DNA of 64,000 bases from an uncultured Rickettsiales bacterium (GCA_964383745.1 CAYLHV010000005.1:21033-85032), one strand, 5' to 3'; positions 10,798 to 21,958 are shown, numbered from the stretch's first letter. Numbers and translations: made by a program. Notes: generated by a model not told the origin, from the letters alone.

Positions 10798-10873
10798 GCC
10801 CAGGTAGCTCAGTTGGTAGAGCAAAGGACTGAAAATCCTTGTGTCGGCGGTTCAATTCCGCCCCTGGGCACCA
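10798..10873 (+). tRNA. tRNA-Phe (anticodon GAA), CCA encoded
   Basis: GCCCAGGTAGCTCAGTTGGTAGAGCAAAGGACTGAAAATCCTTGTGTCGGCGGTTCAATTCCGCCCCTGGGCACCA. The 7-bp acceptor stem GCCCAGG/CCTGGGC, the anticodon loop CTGAAAA and the T-arm GGCGG-TTCAATT-CCGCC all fold by eye. Confidence 0.9.
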
Positions 10874-10890
10874 CCATTTGAGGCCCAGAA

Positions 10891-11901
10891 ATGAGTAAAA
10901 TAGATAAATTCCTCCTAAGATTCATAGCATATCCCGTGGCGTTCATTCTGGGGGCGCTTCTGCTGTTCCAAGTTTCCAGATTTTCCTATAGACAAATATA
11001 TTTTTATGGTAAGCAGGCGTTTGAATCATTTTCAGTGCCTGAGGTGAAAAAAGAGTTCGTCCGTTTTTGCGTGATCAGCCCAACCTATAACAGCAAAGAC
11101 GCCACAATTGGGGCCATTAAATCTGTCATGAATCAGAAATATATCAGCTGGCACATGCACATCACTGATGATAATTCACCAGACGGAACATTTGAGCATG
11201 TCTCTGCCTATCTTAAGCAAAATAACATTCAAGAAGAAAAAATCAGCATCATCAAAAATAAAGTGAATCAAGGTGCTTTGAAAAATGTCTATGAAGCAAT
11301 ATATAAACATTGCAGTGACGAAGAAATTGTGGTGATTCTGGATGGTGATGATGCTCTATATGGCAAATATGCTTTTGATAAGTTATATAGGGTATATGAA
11401 AAAGAAAACCCATGGATAGTTGGGTCAAATCATTTCTTCCTGTCTAACAAAAAAATGCGTACACCTTCATTTTACTCTAAAGAAGTGATGGATTCTAACA
11501 GTTTCAGAGGAGAAAAATTTTCCATAATTGGCTTGGTCAGCTTCAGAACATGGTTGTTTAAGAAGGTTCAAAAGCAAGACATGCTTGACGAAAAAGGTGA
11601 GTTTTATAAAATCCCTAAAGATGTGATTTTATTTTTCCCAATGATGGAGATGGCATCTAAAGGACGGGTTCTTGGCATAGACGAACCACTTCAGATATAT
11701 AACAATGTCAGAACGGATAATGATCAGGACGTGCGGCGTATTGAGCAAATGACTTTACATAGAAAATTTGTTTTTAAACCAAGATATGCTCCGTTGGAAA
11801 CGCCTGATGATGCGCAATCTTATCTTCCTCCAATAGATTCAGTTTCGCCACAGCTAGGGTTGCAGTTGCTCATTGATTTTGATAAAATCCGGAAAGATTA
11901 A
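10891..11901 (+). CDS. Family 2 glycosyltransferase with N-terminal membrane anchor
   Basis: 336 aa. N-terminal TM helix. GT-A motifs ISPTYNS, ITDDNSPDGT and a DxD-type LDGDD. Confidence 0.7.
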   Translation: MSKIDKFLLRFIAYPVAFILGALLLFQVSRFSYRQIYFYGKQAFESFSVPEVKKEFVRFCVISPTYNSKDATIGAIKSVMNQKYISWHMHITDDNSPDGTFEHVSAYLKQNNIQEEKISIIKNKVNQGALKNVYEAIYKHCSDEEIVVILDGDDALYGKYAFDKLYRVYEKENPWIVGSNHFFLSNKKMRTPSFYSKEVMDSNSFRGEKFSIIGLVSFRTWLFKKVQKQDMLDEKGEFYKIPKDVILFFPMMEMASKGRVLGIDEPLQIYNNVRTDNDQDVRRIEQMTLHRKFVFKPRYAPLETPDDAQSYLPPIDSVSPQLGLQLLIDFDKIRKD

Positions 11902-12638
11902 TAAAGCACTTTTTTGAAATAAAGCCCATGTGCCTTGGCAGTTGGTCCAGCAAAGTTTCTGTCTTTAGCTTCGAAGATTTTCTGAATTTCTGCTGGTTCC
12001 AAACTGCCATCACCAACCATTTTCAAAGTTCCAACAATGTTGCGAACCATGTGATGCAGAAATGATTGAGCAGCAATTTCTATGTGAATTTCTTGACTAT
12101 CTAACTTTCTCACGCTGATTGAATCAATTGTTTTAACTGGAGATTTAGACTGGCAAAGCGCCGCTCTGAAGCTTGAAAAATCATGAGTTCCAAGAAAAAA
12201 TTCTGCTGCTTCTTGCATTTTCTCAACATTTAGTTCAGTTTTCACATGCCAAGCCCTTGTTTGATTAAGTGCTAATGGGGCTTGCCGGTTGTTAATGATA
12301 TATAAATATTGTCTTTGAGTGGCATGATAGCGCGCATGAAAATCATCATCAGCTTTTTCACAATCTAAAATGGCAATTTTCTGTCCCACTAAATAAAAAT
12401 TTAAAGCATTAGCCACAGTTTTTGCATTTGTTTCTTTCTGAATCACAAAATGAGCAACTTGCTCAATTGCATGAACTCCAGCATCTGTGCGCCCTGAAGA
12501 GGTCACTTCCACTTTTTCTGCGCAGAAACGGAAAATTGCATTTTCAATTGCTTCCTGCACAGAAATTGCATCTTTTTGTCTTTGCCAACCAACAAAATCA
12601 GTTCCATCAAATTCTATTTTAATTTTATATTTTGTCAT
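11898..12638 (-). CDS. truA: tRNA pseudouridine(38-40) synthase TruA
   Basis: 246 aa. IEFDGTDFVGWQRQ and catalytic-Asp context GRTDAGVHA. Confidence 0.9.
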   Translation of the reverse strand: MTKYKIKIEFDGTDFVGWQRQKDAISVQEAIENAIFRFCAEKVEVTSSGRTDAGVHAIEQVAHFVIQKETNAKTVANALNFYLVGQKIAILDCEKADDDFHARYHATQRQYLYIINNRQAPLALNQTRAWHVKTELNVEKMQEAAEFFLGTHDFSSFRAALCQSKSPVKTIDSISVRKLDSQEIHIEIAAQSFLHHMVRNIVGTLKMVGDGSLEPAEIQKIFEAKDRNFAGPTAKAHGLYFKKVLY

Positions 12639-12640
12639 TC

Positions 12641-13570
12641 TCAGCTCGGCAGAATTTCACCTAAACTCATCTTAAAGCCACGCAAGAAATCAGCAGTTTT
12701 CATGGCGTTTTTGCCAGTTCTTTGCAAATTCTCAATGACCAAAATGTCGCTGCCGCAGGCAATTTCAATGGTTTTGTCATTAGATAAAATCTTCCCAGGC
12801 GCATGATCGTGAGCCTCTTTTTTCACTGAGGCTTGGTGAATTTTAATTTTTTCTTGGCCAAATTCAAAATGGCAACCTGGCCATGGATTCAAGCCTCTGA
12901 TGTTTCTTTCAATTTGTTCCGCTGACTGAGACCAGTCAATTCTCGCTTCCTCTTTTCTCAATTTTTCAGCATAAACAACCTGCTCATTTGTTTGTTTTAC
13001 CGGTTTTAATTGTTTTTTCTCAAGCAATTCAAGAGCTTCAAGGAGCATTCTGGCGCCAAGATTTGAGAGAATTTCATGCATTTCTGTGCTGGTTGCTTTA
13101 GGGGAGACTGGGATTTTTTCTTGCAATAAAATGTCACCAGTGTCAAGGCCTTCATCCATTTGCATGATGCAACTTGAGGTTTCGAAATCGCCTGCCAAAA
13201 TCATCCTCTCAATTGGAGCTGCGCCTCTGAAGCGGGGGAGGGAAGATGGGTGAATGTTGAAACAGCCAAATTTCGTGGCTTCCAAGATTGCTTTTGGGAG
13301 AATGAGTCCATAGGCTGCAACAACTGCAAGATCTGCATTTTTGGACCTAAAAACATCTTGCTCTGGCTCTTTCCTTAAAGACACTGGCATTTCAACTTCT
13401 AGTTGAAATGATTCAGCTAATTCATGAATCGGAGTTTTTGCCTCTTTTTGATGGCGCCCTTTAGCTTTCGGTGGAGCTGTGTAAACCGCCACAATTTCAT
13501 GATGAGAATTAATGAGCATTTTCAATGCCGGAACTGCAAATTCTGGAGTTCCCATAAAAATTATTTTCAA
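12641..13570 (-). CDS. fmt: Methionyl-tRNA formyltransferase
   Basis: 309 aa. MKIIFMGTPEFAVP, NIHPSSLPRFRGAAPI. Classic def-fmt pairing. Confidence 0.9.
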   Translation of the reverse strand: MKIIFMGTPEFAVPALKMLINSHHEIVAVYTAPPKAKGRHQKEAKTPIHELAESFQLEVEMPVSLRKEPEQDVFRSKNADLAVVAAYGLILPKAILEATKFGCFNIHPSSLPRFRGAAPIERMILAGDFETSSCIMQMDEGLDTGDILLQEKIPVSPKATSTEMHEILSNLGARMLLEALELLEKKQLKPVKQTNEQVVYAEKLRKEEARIDWSQSAEQIERNIRGLNPWPGCHFEFGQEKIKIHQASVKKEAHDHAPGKILSNDKTIEIACGSDILVIENLQRTGKNAMKTADFLRGFKMSLGEILPS

Positions 13571-13572
13571 AA

Positions 13573-14082
13573 TTAACCTATTCGTTTTTTAAGTTTTTGA
13601 AGCCTTCTAAGAATCATATCTTTTTTTATTTTCGAAGAAATCAGATCAATCATCACAATTCCGTTTGTGTGATCAATTTCATGTTGCAGACATTTTGCAA
13701 ACAATCCACCAGCCTCAATTTCGCACATTTTCCCATGTTCATTAAGATAGGAAACAGTGACAAATTCTGGTCTTGTAATTGGAACTTTAACTTCTAACAC
13801 AGAAAGACACCCTTCATCAAAAACTGTTTGATTTTCTGATTTTTCTTTGATTTTTGCATTAATCAGAAAAATTGGGCCATCTGTTTTTCCTTCAATTTCA
13901 ATGACAATTAATTTTTTGAGAATTCCCACCTGAACTGCAGCAAGCCCTATCCCGTCATTCTCAATCATTGTTCTATACATTTTTTGCAAAATTTGACGAA
14001 TTTCATCATTAACTTCAGTCACTTCTTCTGAAATTTTATGCAAAATTGGGTCTGGCTCTAAAATAATTTGATATGTGTCCAT
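13573..14082 (-). CDS. def: Peptide deformylase
   Basis: 169 aa. GIGLAAVQVG, EGCLS, HEIDH metal-binding motifs. Confidence 0.9.
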   Translation of the reverse strand: MDTYQIILEPDPILHKISEEVTEVNDEIRQILQKMYRTMIENDGIGLAAVQVGILKKLIVIEIEGKTDGPIFLINAKIKEKSENQTVFDEGCLSVLEVKVPITRPEFVTVSYLNEHGKMCEIEAGGLFAKCLQHEIDHTNGIVMIDLISSKIKKDMILRRLQKLKKRIG

Positions 14083-14094
14083 TTTAGTAGTTTT

Positions 14095-15519
14095 TTAGAT
14101 ATTATTGTTTGTTAAAGATTTTAGCAGATTATTTAACCTAATGCAAGATCTCTCTTTTCCAAATGCAATAATAATGTCAAAAATGCTTGGAGAAACTGTG
14201 AGTCCCGTCAAAGCTGGCCTCAAAATCTTGGCAATTTGGCCTAATTTCACATTCTGTTCTTGAGCATATTTTTCCATTTCCGCCATGAGAGAGTCTTTTA
14301 AAAAATCTTGAGATTTTTCAATGATTTCTAACATTTTTTCAACATATGCTTTAGAAATGCCAACATCATCCAACAAAATTTCCCTAGCTTCAGGAGTGAA
14401 AGTCTGTTCTTGAAAGAAAAACAAGGCACTTTCAGCAAGGGAATTTAGGTCTTTAGACCTGGTTTTTAAAGATTCCATGGCCCTGATCAAAATTTCCAGT
14501 TCTTCTTCAGACAAAATTCTTGAAAGCATTTTCTCAATTTTTGGCTTAATGATTTCTGCTAATTTCTCATTTGTGGCAGTTTTAATATAGTGGAAATTCA
14601 AATTATTTAATTTATCGAGATCAATTCTAGCTGGAGCTTTGTTAATTGCCTCAAGATTAAACCAAGAAATTGCCTCTTTTTTGCTGATGATTTCATCATT
14701 TTGGTGACTCCAACCGAGGCGCAGCAAATAATTAAAGATTGCTTCAGGTAAGTAACCCATTTTTTCATAATCCATTACCCCAAGAGCGCCATGTCTTTTA
14801 GATAATTTTGCGCCATCAGAACCATGCAAAAGAGGCAGATGGGCGAATTTTGGAACTTTCCAACCCATTTGTTCATATATGAAAATTTGCTTGACCGTGT
14901 TTGTCAAATGATCATCACCCCTGATCACATGCGTCACGCCCATGTCATGATCATCAACCACTGCTGCAAGCATATAGGTTGGGGTGCCATCTGACCTCAA
15001 AATGATTAAATCATCAATTTCCGACGCTGGAATGGACACTTTACCTTGCACTAAATCATCATTAATAATTTCCCCTTCCGAGGGAGATTTCAGCCTGATG
15101 GTTGGTGAAATTCCAGCTTTTGGAGGAAGATTTTGGTCACGATAAGGGCTTTTAAAGCGGAAAATTTCCCCTTTTTCTTCTGCCTCACTTCTCAAATTTT
15201 CAAGCTCTTCCTGTGTGACATAGCATTCATAGGCGCTGCCAATTTCTAAAAGCTTTTTCGCCACTTCTCTATGACGAGCTTCATTTCCCGACTGCATGAC
15301 AAAGTCACCATCAAATTCAAGACCAAGCCATTTCATGCCATCAAAAATGGCTTCCACCGCTTCAGGCGTTGATTTTGCTTTATTTGTGTCTTCAACTCTG
15401 AGTAAAAATTTTCCTGCATGGCGTCTTGCAAAAAGATAGCTGAAAATTGCTGTTCGAGCATTACCAATGTGGAGAAACCCAGTTGGGCTAGGGGCAAATC
15501 TTGTTACAATTTCTGTCAT
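14095..15519 (-). CDS. gltX: Glutamyl-tRNA synthetase
   Basis: 474 aa. RFAPSPTGFLHIGNART (HIGH region) and KLSKRHG (KMSKS). Confidence 0.9.
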   Translation of the reverse strand: MTEIVTRFAPSPTGFLHIGNARTAIFSYLFARRHAGKFLLRVEDTNKAKSTPEAVEAIFDGMKWLGLEFDGDFVMQSGNEARHREVAKKLLEIGSAYECYVTQEELENLRSEAEEKGEIFRFKSPYRDQNLPPKAGISPTIRLKSPSEGEIINDDLVQGKVSIPASEIDDLIILRSDGTPTYMLAAVVDDHDMGVTHVIRGDDHLTNTVKQIFIYEQMGWKVPKFAHLPLLHGSDGAKLSKRHGALGVMDYEKMGYLPEAIFNYLLRLGWSHQNDEIISKKEAISWFNLEAINKAPARIDLDKLNNLNFHYIKTATNEKLAEIIKPKIEKMLSRILSEEELEILIRAMESLKTRSKDLNSLAESALFFFQEQTFTPEAREILLDDVGISKAYVEKMLEIIEKSQDFLKDSLMAEMEKYAQEQNVKLGQIAKILRPALTGLTVSPSIFDIIIAFGKERSCIRLNNLLKSLTNNNI

Positions 15520-16157
15520 TTTCCACCTTTCGAAGCTTGATTAAAAATCTCAATTCCAGCGTCAGTTAAAGGATGCTCAATAAGTTGCTTAATCAGCTTT
15601 GCAGGCATTGTAGCAACATCGACACCTAATTTAGCAACCTCAATGACATGTTGTGTGTGTCTGATGGAAGCGGCCAGAATTTCTGTTTCGAACATATAGT
15701 TCGAATAAACTTGGCAAATGTCTGAAATTAGAGAAAGGCCAGATTGTGAAATGTCATCAAGCCTCCCAATGAATGGAGAAACATAAGCCGCTCCGGCTTT
15801 AGCTGCAAGAATCGCTTGTGAAACTGAGAAACAAAGCGTCATGTTAACTGGAATGTCTGATGCAGACAAAATGCTGCAAGCTTTGACGCCATCTAGAGTC
15901 ATTGGAAGCTTTACCACAACATTTTCTGCAATTCCTGCAAGGATTTTGCCCTCTTTGACCATTTCGTCGCAGAAATTTGAGTTAACTTCGGCGCTCACTG
16001 GACCTGAAATGATTTTGCAAATTTGTTTAATGACGTCTTTAATGTCGCCGCCATTTTTTGCAATTAATGAAGGGTTAGTTGTGACGCCATCAATGATGCC
16101 AAGTTCGTTTAATTCCTCAATTTCACTAATTTCTGCCGTATCTATAAAAAACTGCAT
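15516..16157 (-). CDS. tal: Short transaldolase / fructose-6-phosphate aldolase family protein
   Basis: 213 aa. MQFFIDTAEI..GVTTNPSL and VVVKLP (Schiff-base Lys context). Confidence 0.85.
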   Translation of the reverse strand: MQFFIDTAEISEIEELNELGIIDGVTTNPSLIAKNGGDIKDVIKQICKIISGPVSAEVNSNFCDEMVKEGKILAGIAENVVVKLPMTLDGVKACSILSASDIPVNMTLCFSVSQAILAAKAGAAYVSPFIGRLDDISQSGLSLISDICQVYSNYMFETEILAASIRHTQHVIEVAKLGVDVATMPAKLIKQLIEHPLTDAGIEIFNQASKGGK

Positions 16158-16184
16158 TAAAATTCTCCTTTGGTGAATAATATT

Positions 16185-16955
16185 CTAAATTCCAACAATG
16201 TCACCATATTGAATGATTTCAATTTGACCGTTTGGCAATTCTAGCTTAATGTTGCATTGTTTGTCAATGCCCCAAAATTTTCCTGTTAGTTGCTCATCTT
16301 TCCTGGAAACTTGAATGATTTCTCCAATGAAAGCGGCCTTATTAAGCCATTTTTCACAGATTATTCCAAAGCCAAATTCATAATATTGAGATTTTAGAGA
16401 AAGAAATTTTTGAATATATTTATCAAGAAGATCATCAGATGAGATTGTAATTCCTTCAGCAAAAAGATTTGTTGCAGGGTAGGAAGTTTGGGTGGGGTGA
16501 GAGAAAATGTTAACTCCCATGCCCATGATGAGCCAATTTAATGTTTTATGTTGATGGTCAATTGAAGATTCGCTCAAAATGCCCGCCAGTTTCTTACCAG
16601 AGAATAAGACATCATTTGGCCATTTATAAGAAATTTTTTCCTCCACATTAAAATTCTCACAAATCACTTCACCAAGTGCAACTGCACTCAAAAAAGGGAT
16701 GATTGGGAGTGATGAAAAATCAAATTCAGCATCATTCTTAAAGATTAAGGAAAAAGTGAGATTTCCGGGGTTAGAATGCCAAATTCTGCTAAGACGCCCT
16801 TTACCATTTGTTTGTGTCTCTGCCCAGATTAAAGTGTTTGAAGAAACATGATCGGAATCAAGCAGGCGTTTTGCTTCTTCATTAGTGCTGTCAATTTTAT
16901 TAAAAATCAAAATATCAAATTTTTGATCCCAATTTTTGCTAATGTTATTTTCCAT
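16185..16955 (-). CDS. birA: Biotin-[acetyl-CoA-carboxylase] ligase without an N-terminal HTH domain
   Basis: 256 aa. GKGRLSRIWHS (GRGRxGRxW-type motif) and KWPNDV. The start overlaps the nuoN stop by 11 nt. Confidence 0.85.
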   Translation of the reverse strand: MENNISKNWDQKFDILIFNKIDSTNEEAKRLLDSDHVSSNTLIWAETQTNGKGRLSRIWHSNPGNLTFSLIFKNDAEFDFSSLPIIPFLSAVALGEVICENFNVEEKISYKWPNDVLFSGKKLAGILSESSIDHQHKTLNWLIMGMGVNIFSHPTQTSYPATNLFAEGITISSDDLLDKYIQKFLSLKSQYYEFGFGIICEKWLNKAAFIGEIIQVSRKDEQLTGKFWGIDKQCNIKLELPNGQIEIIQYGDIVGI

Positions 16956-18486
16956 TTTCCTCTAAATGATGCTCAATGACGAAGCTTTTTTGGGCGTGAA
17001 GTGCGCTGCATAGAAGTGCATCTTGTGCGGTGAAAAAAACTAAATTAAAAATCACTGAAATGAATAAAATGAATTTTATGATTTTTGAGTTGACTGGATC
17101 TAGAGGTTTTTGTGCTGCATTTTCACCGAAATAGCAAATTTTGACAATACGTAAATAGTAAAATGCAGAAATCACACTTGCAACTGCAGCAATGACAACT
17201 AAGAAATATAATGATTCATTAACTGCTGCTGACATAACATAATATTTTGCGAAGAAACCTGATAAAGGCGGAATTCCGGCCATTGAAAACATGAAAATTA
17301 ACATGGAAATTGCAAATAATGGATTTGTTTTCGCAACGCCTGCAAGATCTTCAATTTCTTCAAAATTTTTCCCGTCTCTTCTCATTGAATGAATTAATGT
17401 GAAAACCCCAAGACTCATAATGGCATATATCACAAGATAAGCAACTAGAGAGTTGATGTGAGTGACAAATCCGCTTGCAAGAGCAAGTGTTGCAAATCCA
17501 ACATGTCCAATTGAGCTATAGGCCATCAGGCGTTTTATGTTTTTTTGCCAAATGGCGCCAAAAGAACCCACAATCATGGAGATGATTGAAACGAAAATGA
17601 TGATCTGCTGCCATTTCACAACCCATGAATCGAACACTCCAAAAAGAATTTTTGTGAGAGTCAAGATTGCAGCAATTTTTGGCACAATTGCAAAAAATGA
17701 CGTGACAATTAATGGTGAACCTTGATAGACATCTGGAGTCCACATGTGAAATGGTGCGGCAGAAATTTTAAAGCAAAAAGCCACAATAATGAAAATCATT
17801 CCAACTAAAACTGCAAGTTCAGGAGCGCCATTTGACGCAAAATGTGATTGTATCACAGTGAAGTTAGTGCTTCCAACAAAACCATAAACCAAGGAAACTC
17901 CAAACAAGACAAAGCCAGAGGCAAGCGCGCCCAAAATGAAATATTTTAAACCAGCTTCCGATGAATTAGCATTTTTCCTGTCATAAGCCGCCATTACGTA
18001 GAGGCTCAAAGATTGAAGCTCTAGACCCATATATAAAGTTAGAAAATCATTCGCAGAAATCATCACCATCATGCCAACAACAGAAAATATTATTAAAATT
18101 GGAAATTCAAATGTTTTGCAAGATTGATCTTGGCTGGCAAGATGTAGAAATAGGACGCAAATGGTTGCAATTAACAAAATGATTTTACTAATAATCACAA
18201 AAGAATCACTGACCATCAAATTATTAAAGGAAAAAATCTTCTCAGCCAGAGAATTTTCTGCAAAATAGAAACAAATTCCGAGAGCAGCAACAAGAATCAA
18301 AATTGAGCATGTGATGATGTGTGATTCAAAATTTTTACATTTTTCTGATTTTAGAAATGCAGCAAGAACCAACAAAATCATTGCTGCAATTGCCATGAAA
18401 ATTTCTGCCATATTGCTAAAAACACCAGCACCTAATGTTGCAGTGATATTTTCTATTAGATTTGTTTGAAGAATATTTTGGATCAT
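16945..18486 (-). CDS. nuoN: NADH-quinone oxidoreductase subunit N
   Basis: 513-aa polytopic antiporter-like protein. Last gene of the contiguous nuo operon. Confidence 0.9.
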   Translation of the reverse strand: MIQNILQTNLIENITATLGAGVFSNMAEIFMAIAAMILLVLAAFLKSEKCKNFESHIITCSILILVAALGICFYFAENSLAEKIFSFNNLMVSDSFVIISKIILLIATICVLFLHLASQDQSCKTFEFPILIIFSVVGMMVMISANDFLTLYMGLELQSLSLYVMAAYDRKNANSSEAGLKYFILGALASGFVLFGVSLVYGFVGSTNFTVIQSHFASNGAPELAVLVGMIFIIVAFCFKISAAPFHMWTPDVYQGSPLIVTSFFAIVPKIAAILTLTKILFGVFDSWVVKWQQIIIFVSIISMIVGSFGAIWQKNIKRLMAYSSIGHVGFATLALASGFVTHINSLVAYLVIYAIMSLGVFTLIHSMRRDGKNFEEIEDLAGVAKTNPLFAISMLIFMFSMAGIPPLSGFFAKYYVMSAAVNESLYFLVVIAAVASVISAFYYLRIVKICYFGENAAQKPLDPVNSKIIKFILFISVIFNLVFFTAQDALLCSALHAQKSFVIEHHLEENGK

Positions 18487-18491
18487 TTTTT

Positions 18492-20000
18492 CTACTTTAT
18501 TAATGTTATGAAATTTTGCATGTGATTAATTATGTTCTCTTGAATTGAAACTTCAAAGAAATTAGTCAAAAATGTGATTTGCACGCCAAATAGAATTGTT
18601 AAAATGACTAAAGGCACAAAAACAAAAATTTCTTTCTTTGTCAGATCTGGCATTTTTTTGAGTTCTTCTGATGCCACTTCACCATACATCAGTTTTTTGA
18701 ACAGAAGAAGCATATAGGCTGCGCCAAAAACTACACCGCTTGACATTAAAGCAGCAGTGATTTTATCTGTTTTAAAAATGCCAAGCAAACTCACAAATTC
18801 CCCTGCAAAACCACTTGTGCCAGGCAAACCAACAGAAGCCATGACAAAAAACAGGAAAATCACAGCAAATTTGGGCATGACATTTGTGACACCGCCATAT
18901 TTTGCAATTTCTTTCGTATGCATGCGGTCATAAAGCACGCCAACACACAGGAACAAAGCTGAAGAAACCAGACCATGACTGATCATTTGGATGATTGAAC
19001 CTTCAATTGCTTCCAGATTAAATGCAAAAATCCCCGCAGTCACATAGGCCATGTGAGCTACTGAGGAATAGGCTATGAGTTTTTTCATATCAGTTTGCAC
19101 CAAAGCCACTAAAGAAGCGTAAACCACTCCAATGATGCTTAAAATGAAAACAAAATCAGCAAAATATTGTGACGCTGCTGGAAGCATTGGGAGGGAGAAT
19201 CTTAAAAAACCATATCCACCCATTTTCAGCAAAATCCCGGCTAAAATGACTGAACCAGCTGTTGGAGCTTGCACGTGAGCGTCAGGAAGCCATGTGTGAA
19301 ATGGAAACATTGGGACTTTCACAGCAAATGAAGCAAAAAATGCAATCCAAAGCCATTTTTGAATTTCGAGAGAGAATTTGGGCACTTCTGTGTTTAAGAG
19401 AGCAATGTCCATTGTTCCCGTTTTGGAATATATAAATAAAATTGCAATTAATAGCAAAATTGAACCAGCCAGCGTATATAGAAAAAACTTTAAAGCCGCA
19501 TATATTCTGTTTTCTCCACCCCACACACCAATGATTAAAAACATTGGAATCAGAACAGCTTCAAAGAAAAGATAGAACAGAATGAAATTTAAAGAAGAGA
19601 AAACACCAATCACACAAGATTCTAAAATTAAAAAACAAGACATATATTCTTTCAGTCTGAATTTCACTGAATTCCAACTGCTGACAATGCAAATGAAAAT
19701 TAACAAAGCTGTGAGAGGTACAAAGAAAATGGAAATTCCATCAAGCCCCAGATGGTAGGAAAAATTGATTGTTTCGCTTAAAGAAATTCTCTCAACCATT
19801 TGAAAAGAAGCTGTTTTCTGATCAAATTCTTTTAAGGTTGATAGTGAAAAAATAAAATTTGCAAAACTCACCACTAAAGCAATGCTTTTTGCTGTCTTAG
19901 ATTTTTGCTGATCATTTCCTTGAGCCAGAATCATTATTAAAGCCGCCCCAATGAGTGGCAGAAAAATCAGCAAGGAAAGAATTGGGAAATTATTCGTCAT
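18492..20000 (-). CDS. nuoM: NADH-quinone oxidoreductase subunit M
   Basis: 502-aa antiporter-like membrane subunit (FPFHTWLPDAH). Operon position. Confidence 0.9.
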   Translation of the reverse strand: MTNNFPILSLLIFLPLIGAALIMILAQGNDQQKSKTAKSIALVVSFANFIFSLSTLKEFDQKTASFQMVERISLSETINFSYHLGLDGISIFFVPLTALLIFICIVSSWNSVKFRLKEYMSCFLILESCVIGVFSSLNFILFYLFFEAVLIPMFLIIGVWGGENRIYAALKFFLYTLAGSILLLIAILFIYSKTGTMDIALLNTEVPKFSLEIQKWLWIAFFASFAVKVPMFPFHTWLPDAHVQAPTAGSVILAGILLKMGGYGFLRFSLPMLPAASQYFADFVFILSIIGVVYASLVALVQTDMKKLIAYSSVAHMAYVTAGIFAFNLEAIEGSIIQMISHGLVSSALFLCVGVLYDRMHTKEIAKYGGVTNVMPKFAVIFLFFVMASVGLPGTSGFAGEFVSLLGIFKTDKITAALMSSGVVFGAAYMLLLFKKLMYGEVASEELKKMPDLTKKEIFVFVPLVILTILFGVQITFLTNFFEVSIQENIINHMQNFITLIK

Positions 20001-20026
20001 TTTATTTTCTCAAAATTTATTTATAA

Positions 20027-21958
20027 CTAAAAGATAAACCATGTCATAATAATTAACAGACCAAGGACCATGATATATGCGTAATTATATAGCAAACCTG
20101 TCTGAATTCGGCTCACTATTTTTGCAAAAGCAACCGTGAATCTGGCTGAGGCATTTGGGCCATGATGATCAATTATTTTAATGTCAATTTCATTCCAAAG
20201 GAATTTACCTAATTTTTTGGTTGGATTCACAAAAATGCATTCATATATTTCATCTACATAAAATTTATTAACGGACAGCAAATAAAATGGCTTGAGACAT
20301 TTTGCTGAAATTCCTGGCAATGAAGGCAGCCACACATAGCATATGTAGGACAAAAGAATGCCAAGCAGACCAACAATCAAAGGGAGCAGTTTGATGAAAA
20401 TTGGCACATGATGGGCAAGCTCTAAAATTTCTGGTTTTGATGCAACTGAAATTGAATCTTGAAAAAAGTTACCCTCATGAGACACCATTGAAAAGAAACC
20501 AGAACCCACAAAACCTGCAAAGACTGCACCAATTGCAAGAATATAGAGAGGTATCATCATTGATTTTGGTGACTCATGCACATGGTGAAGAACTTCTTCA
20601 GAAGCCCTGCTTTTGCCATGGAAAACCAAAATCAGCAAGCGCCAAGAATAGAAAGAAGTGAGAAAAGCAGCGCAAATTCCACACCAAAATGCAAAATCAG
20701 AAAATTTTGTGTTTGCAGCATAGGTTGCTTCAAGAATGATGTCTTTCGAGAAAAAGCCAGCAAAAGGGAAAACTCCTGCAAGTGCTAAAGAGCCAATCCA
20801 CATTAAAGCGTGAGTCTGAGGAATTTTTCTCCAAATCCCACCCATTTTTCTGATGTCTTGCTCATGGCTCATTGCATGAATCACGCTTCCAGCACCAAGG
20901 AAAAGCAAGGCTTTGAAGAAGGCATGTGTCATTAAATGGAAAACACCAGCGCTGTAAGCTGAGACACCACAAGCAAAAAACATATAGCCAAGTTGGCTAC
21001 ATGTGGAATAAGCGATGATTTTTTTAATGTCATTTTGAGTCAGCGCAATTGATGCAGCGAAAATGCATGTGATTCCACCCACAATTGTAACCATATTTCT
21101 TGCAATTTCTGCATGTTCAAACAAAGGTGAGCAACGCGCAACAAGGAAAACCCCCGCCGTGACCATGGTGGCTGCATGAATTAAAGCTGACACTGGTGTT
21201 GGACCTTCCATTGCATCAGGGAGCCATGTGTGAAGGCCAATTTGTGCTGATTTACCCATGCTACCAATGAAAAGCAGCACACAAATTAAATTAATTGCAT
21301 CAAAATTCATTCCAAAAACTGAAATCACATCATTTTGATGTTCTGAAATTTTTGCAAAGATTTTAGAAAACTCAACTTCACCAAAAATTGTGAAAATTGT
21401 GAAAATTCCTATGATGAAAGCAAAATCCCCCACGCGATTCACAATGAAAGCCTTCATTGCAGCCGCATTTGCTGATGTTTTTTTGAACCAGAAACCAATC
21501 AACAAATAGGAGCAGAGACCAACGCCTTCCCAACCAAGAAACAATTGGATTAAGTTATTTGCCGTAACCAGCATTAACATGAAAAATGTGAAGAGAGAAA
21601 GATAGGACATGAAACGGGGCTTGTGAGGATCTTCACTCATGTAACCAACAGAATATAGATGAACGAGGGAAGAAACTGAAGTCACAACCACAAGCATGAC
21701 CGAAGTCAATGAGTCAATTTTAATGCTCCAATTAAAAGAAAGCATGCCAGAATTAAACCATTCCAGTAGAATGATTTCTTGTTGATTTCTGTAAAGAAGA
21801 AATTCAGCAAAAACTTTAATGGAAATTAAAGCAGACAGGACCACCATGCTTGTTGTGATTATTTGAGCATGCCGATCTTTTATGACGCTGGAAAAAAGAC
21901 CAACAATCATTGAACCTAAAAGTGGAGATAGTAAGATTAATGTTATCATTTTATTCAC
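20027..21958 (-). CDS. nuoL: NADH-quinone oxidoreductase subunit L
   Basis: 643-aa antiporter-like subunit ([15 protein letters not shown]) with a C-terminal lateral-helix extension. Confidence 0.9.
   Translation of the reverse strand: MNKMITLILLSPLLGSMIVGLFSSVIKDRHAQIITTSMVVLSALISIKVFAEFLLYRNQQEIILLEWFNSGMLSFNWSIKIDSLTSVMLVVVTSVSSLVHLYSVGYMSEDPHKPRFMSYLSLFTFFMLMLVTANNLIQLFLGWEGVGLCSYLLIGFWFKKTSANAAAMKAFIVNRVGDFAFIIGIFTIFTIFGEVEFSKIFAKISEHQNDVISVFGMNFDAINLICVLLFIGSMGKSAQIGLHTWLPDAMEGPTPVSALIHAATMVTAGVFLVARCSPLFEHAEIARNMVTIVGGITCIFAASIALTQNDIKKIIAYSTCSQLGYMFFACGVSAYSAGVFHLMTHAFFKALLFLGAGSVIHAMSHEQDIRKMGGIWRKIPQTHALMWIGSLALAGVFPFAGFFSKDIILEATYAANTKFSDFAFWCGICAAFLTSFYSWRLLILVFHGKSRASEEVLHHVHESPKSMMIPLYILAIGAVFAGFVGSGFFSMVSHEGNFFQDSISVASKPEILELAHHVPIFIKLLPLIVGLLGILLSYICYVWLPSLPGISAKCLKPFYLLSVNKFYVDEIYECIFVNPTKKLGKFLWNEIDIKIIDHHGPNASARFTVAFAKIVSRIQTGLLYNYAYIMVLGLLIIMTWFIF

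Noticed and set aside
10672-10881. 69-aa ORF overlapping tRNA-Phe, and the similar 71-aa ORF at 54250-54465 overlapping tRNA-Thr.
   Set aside because: Both read through well-folded tRNA genes. The second is also antisense to the HIT gene.
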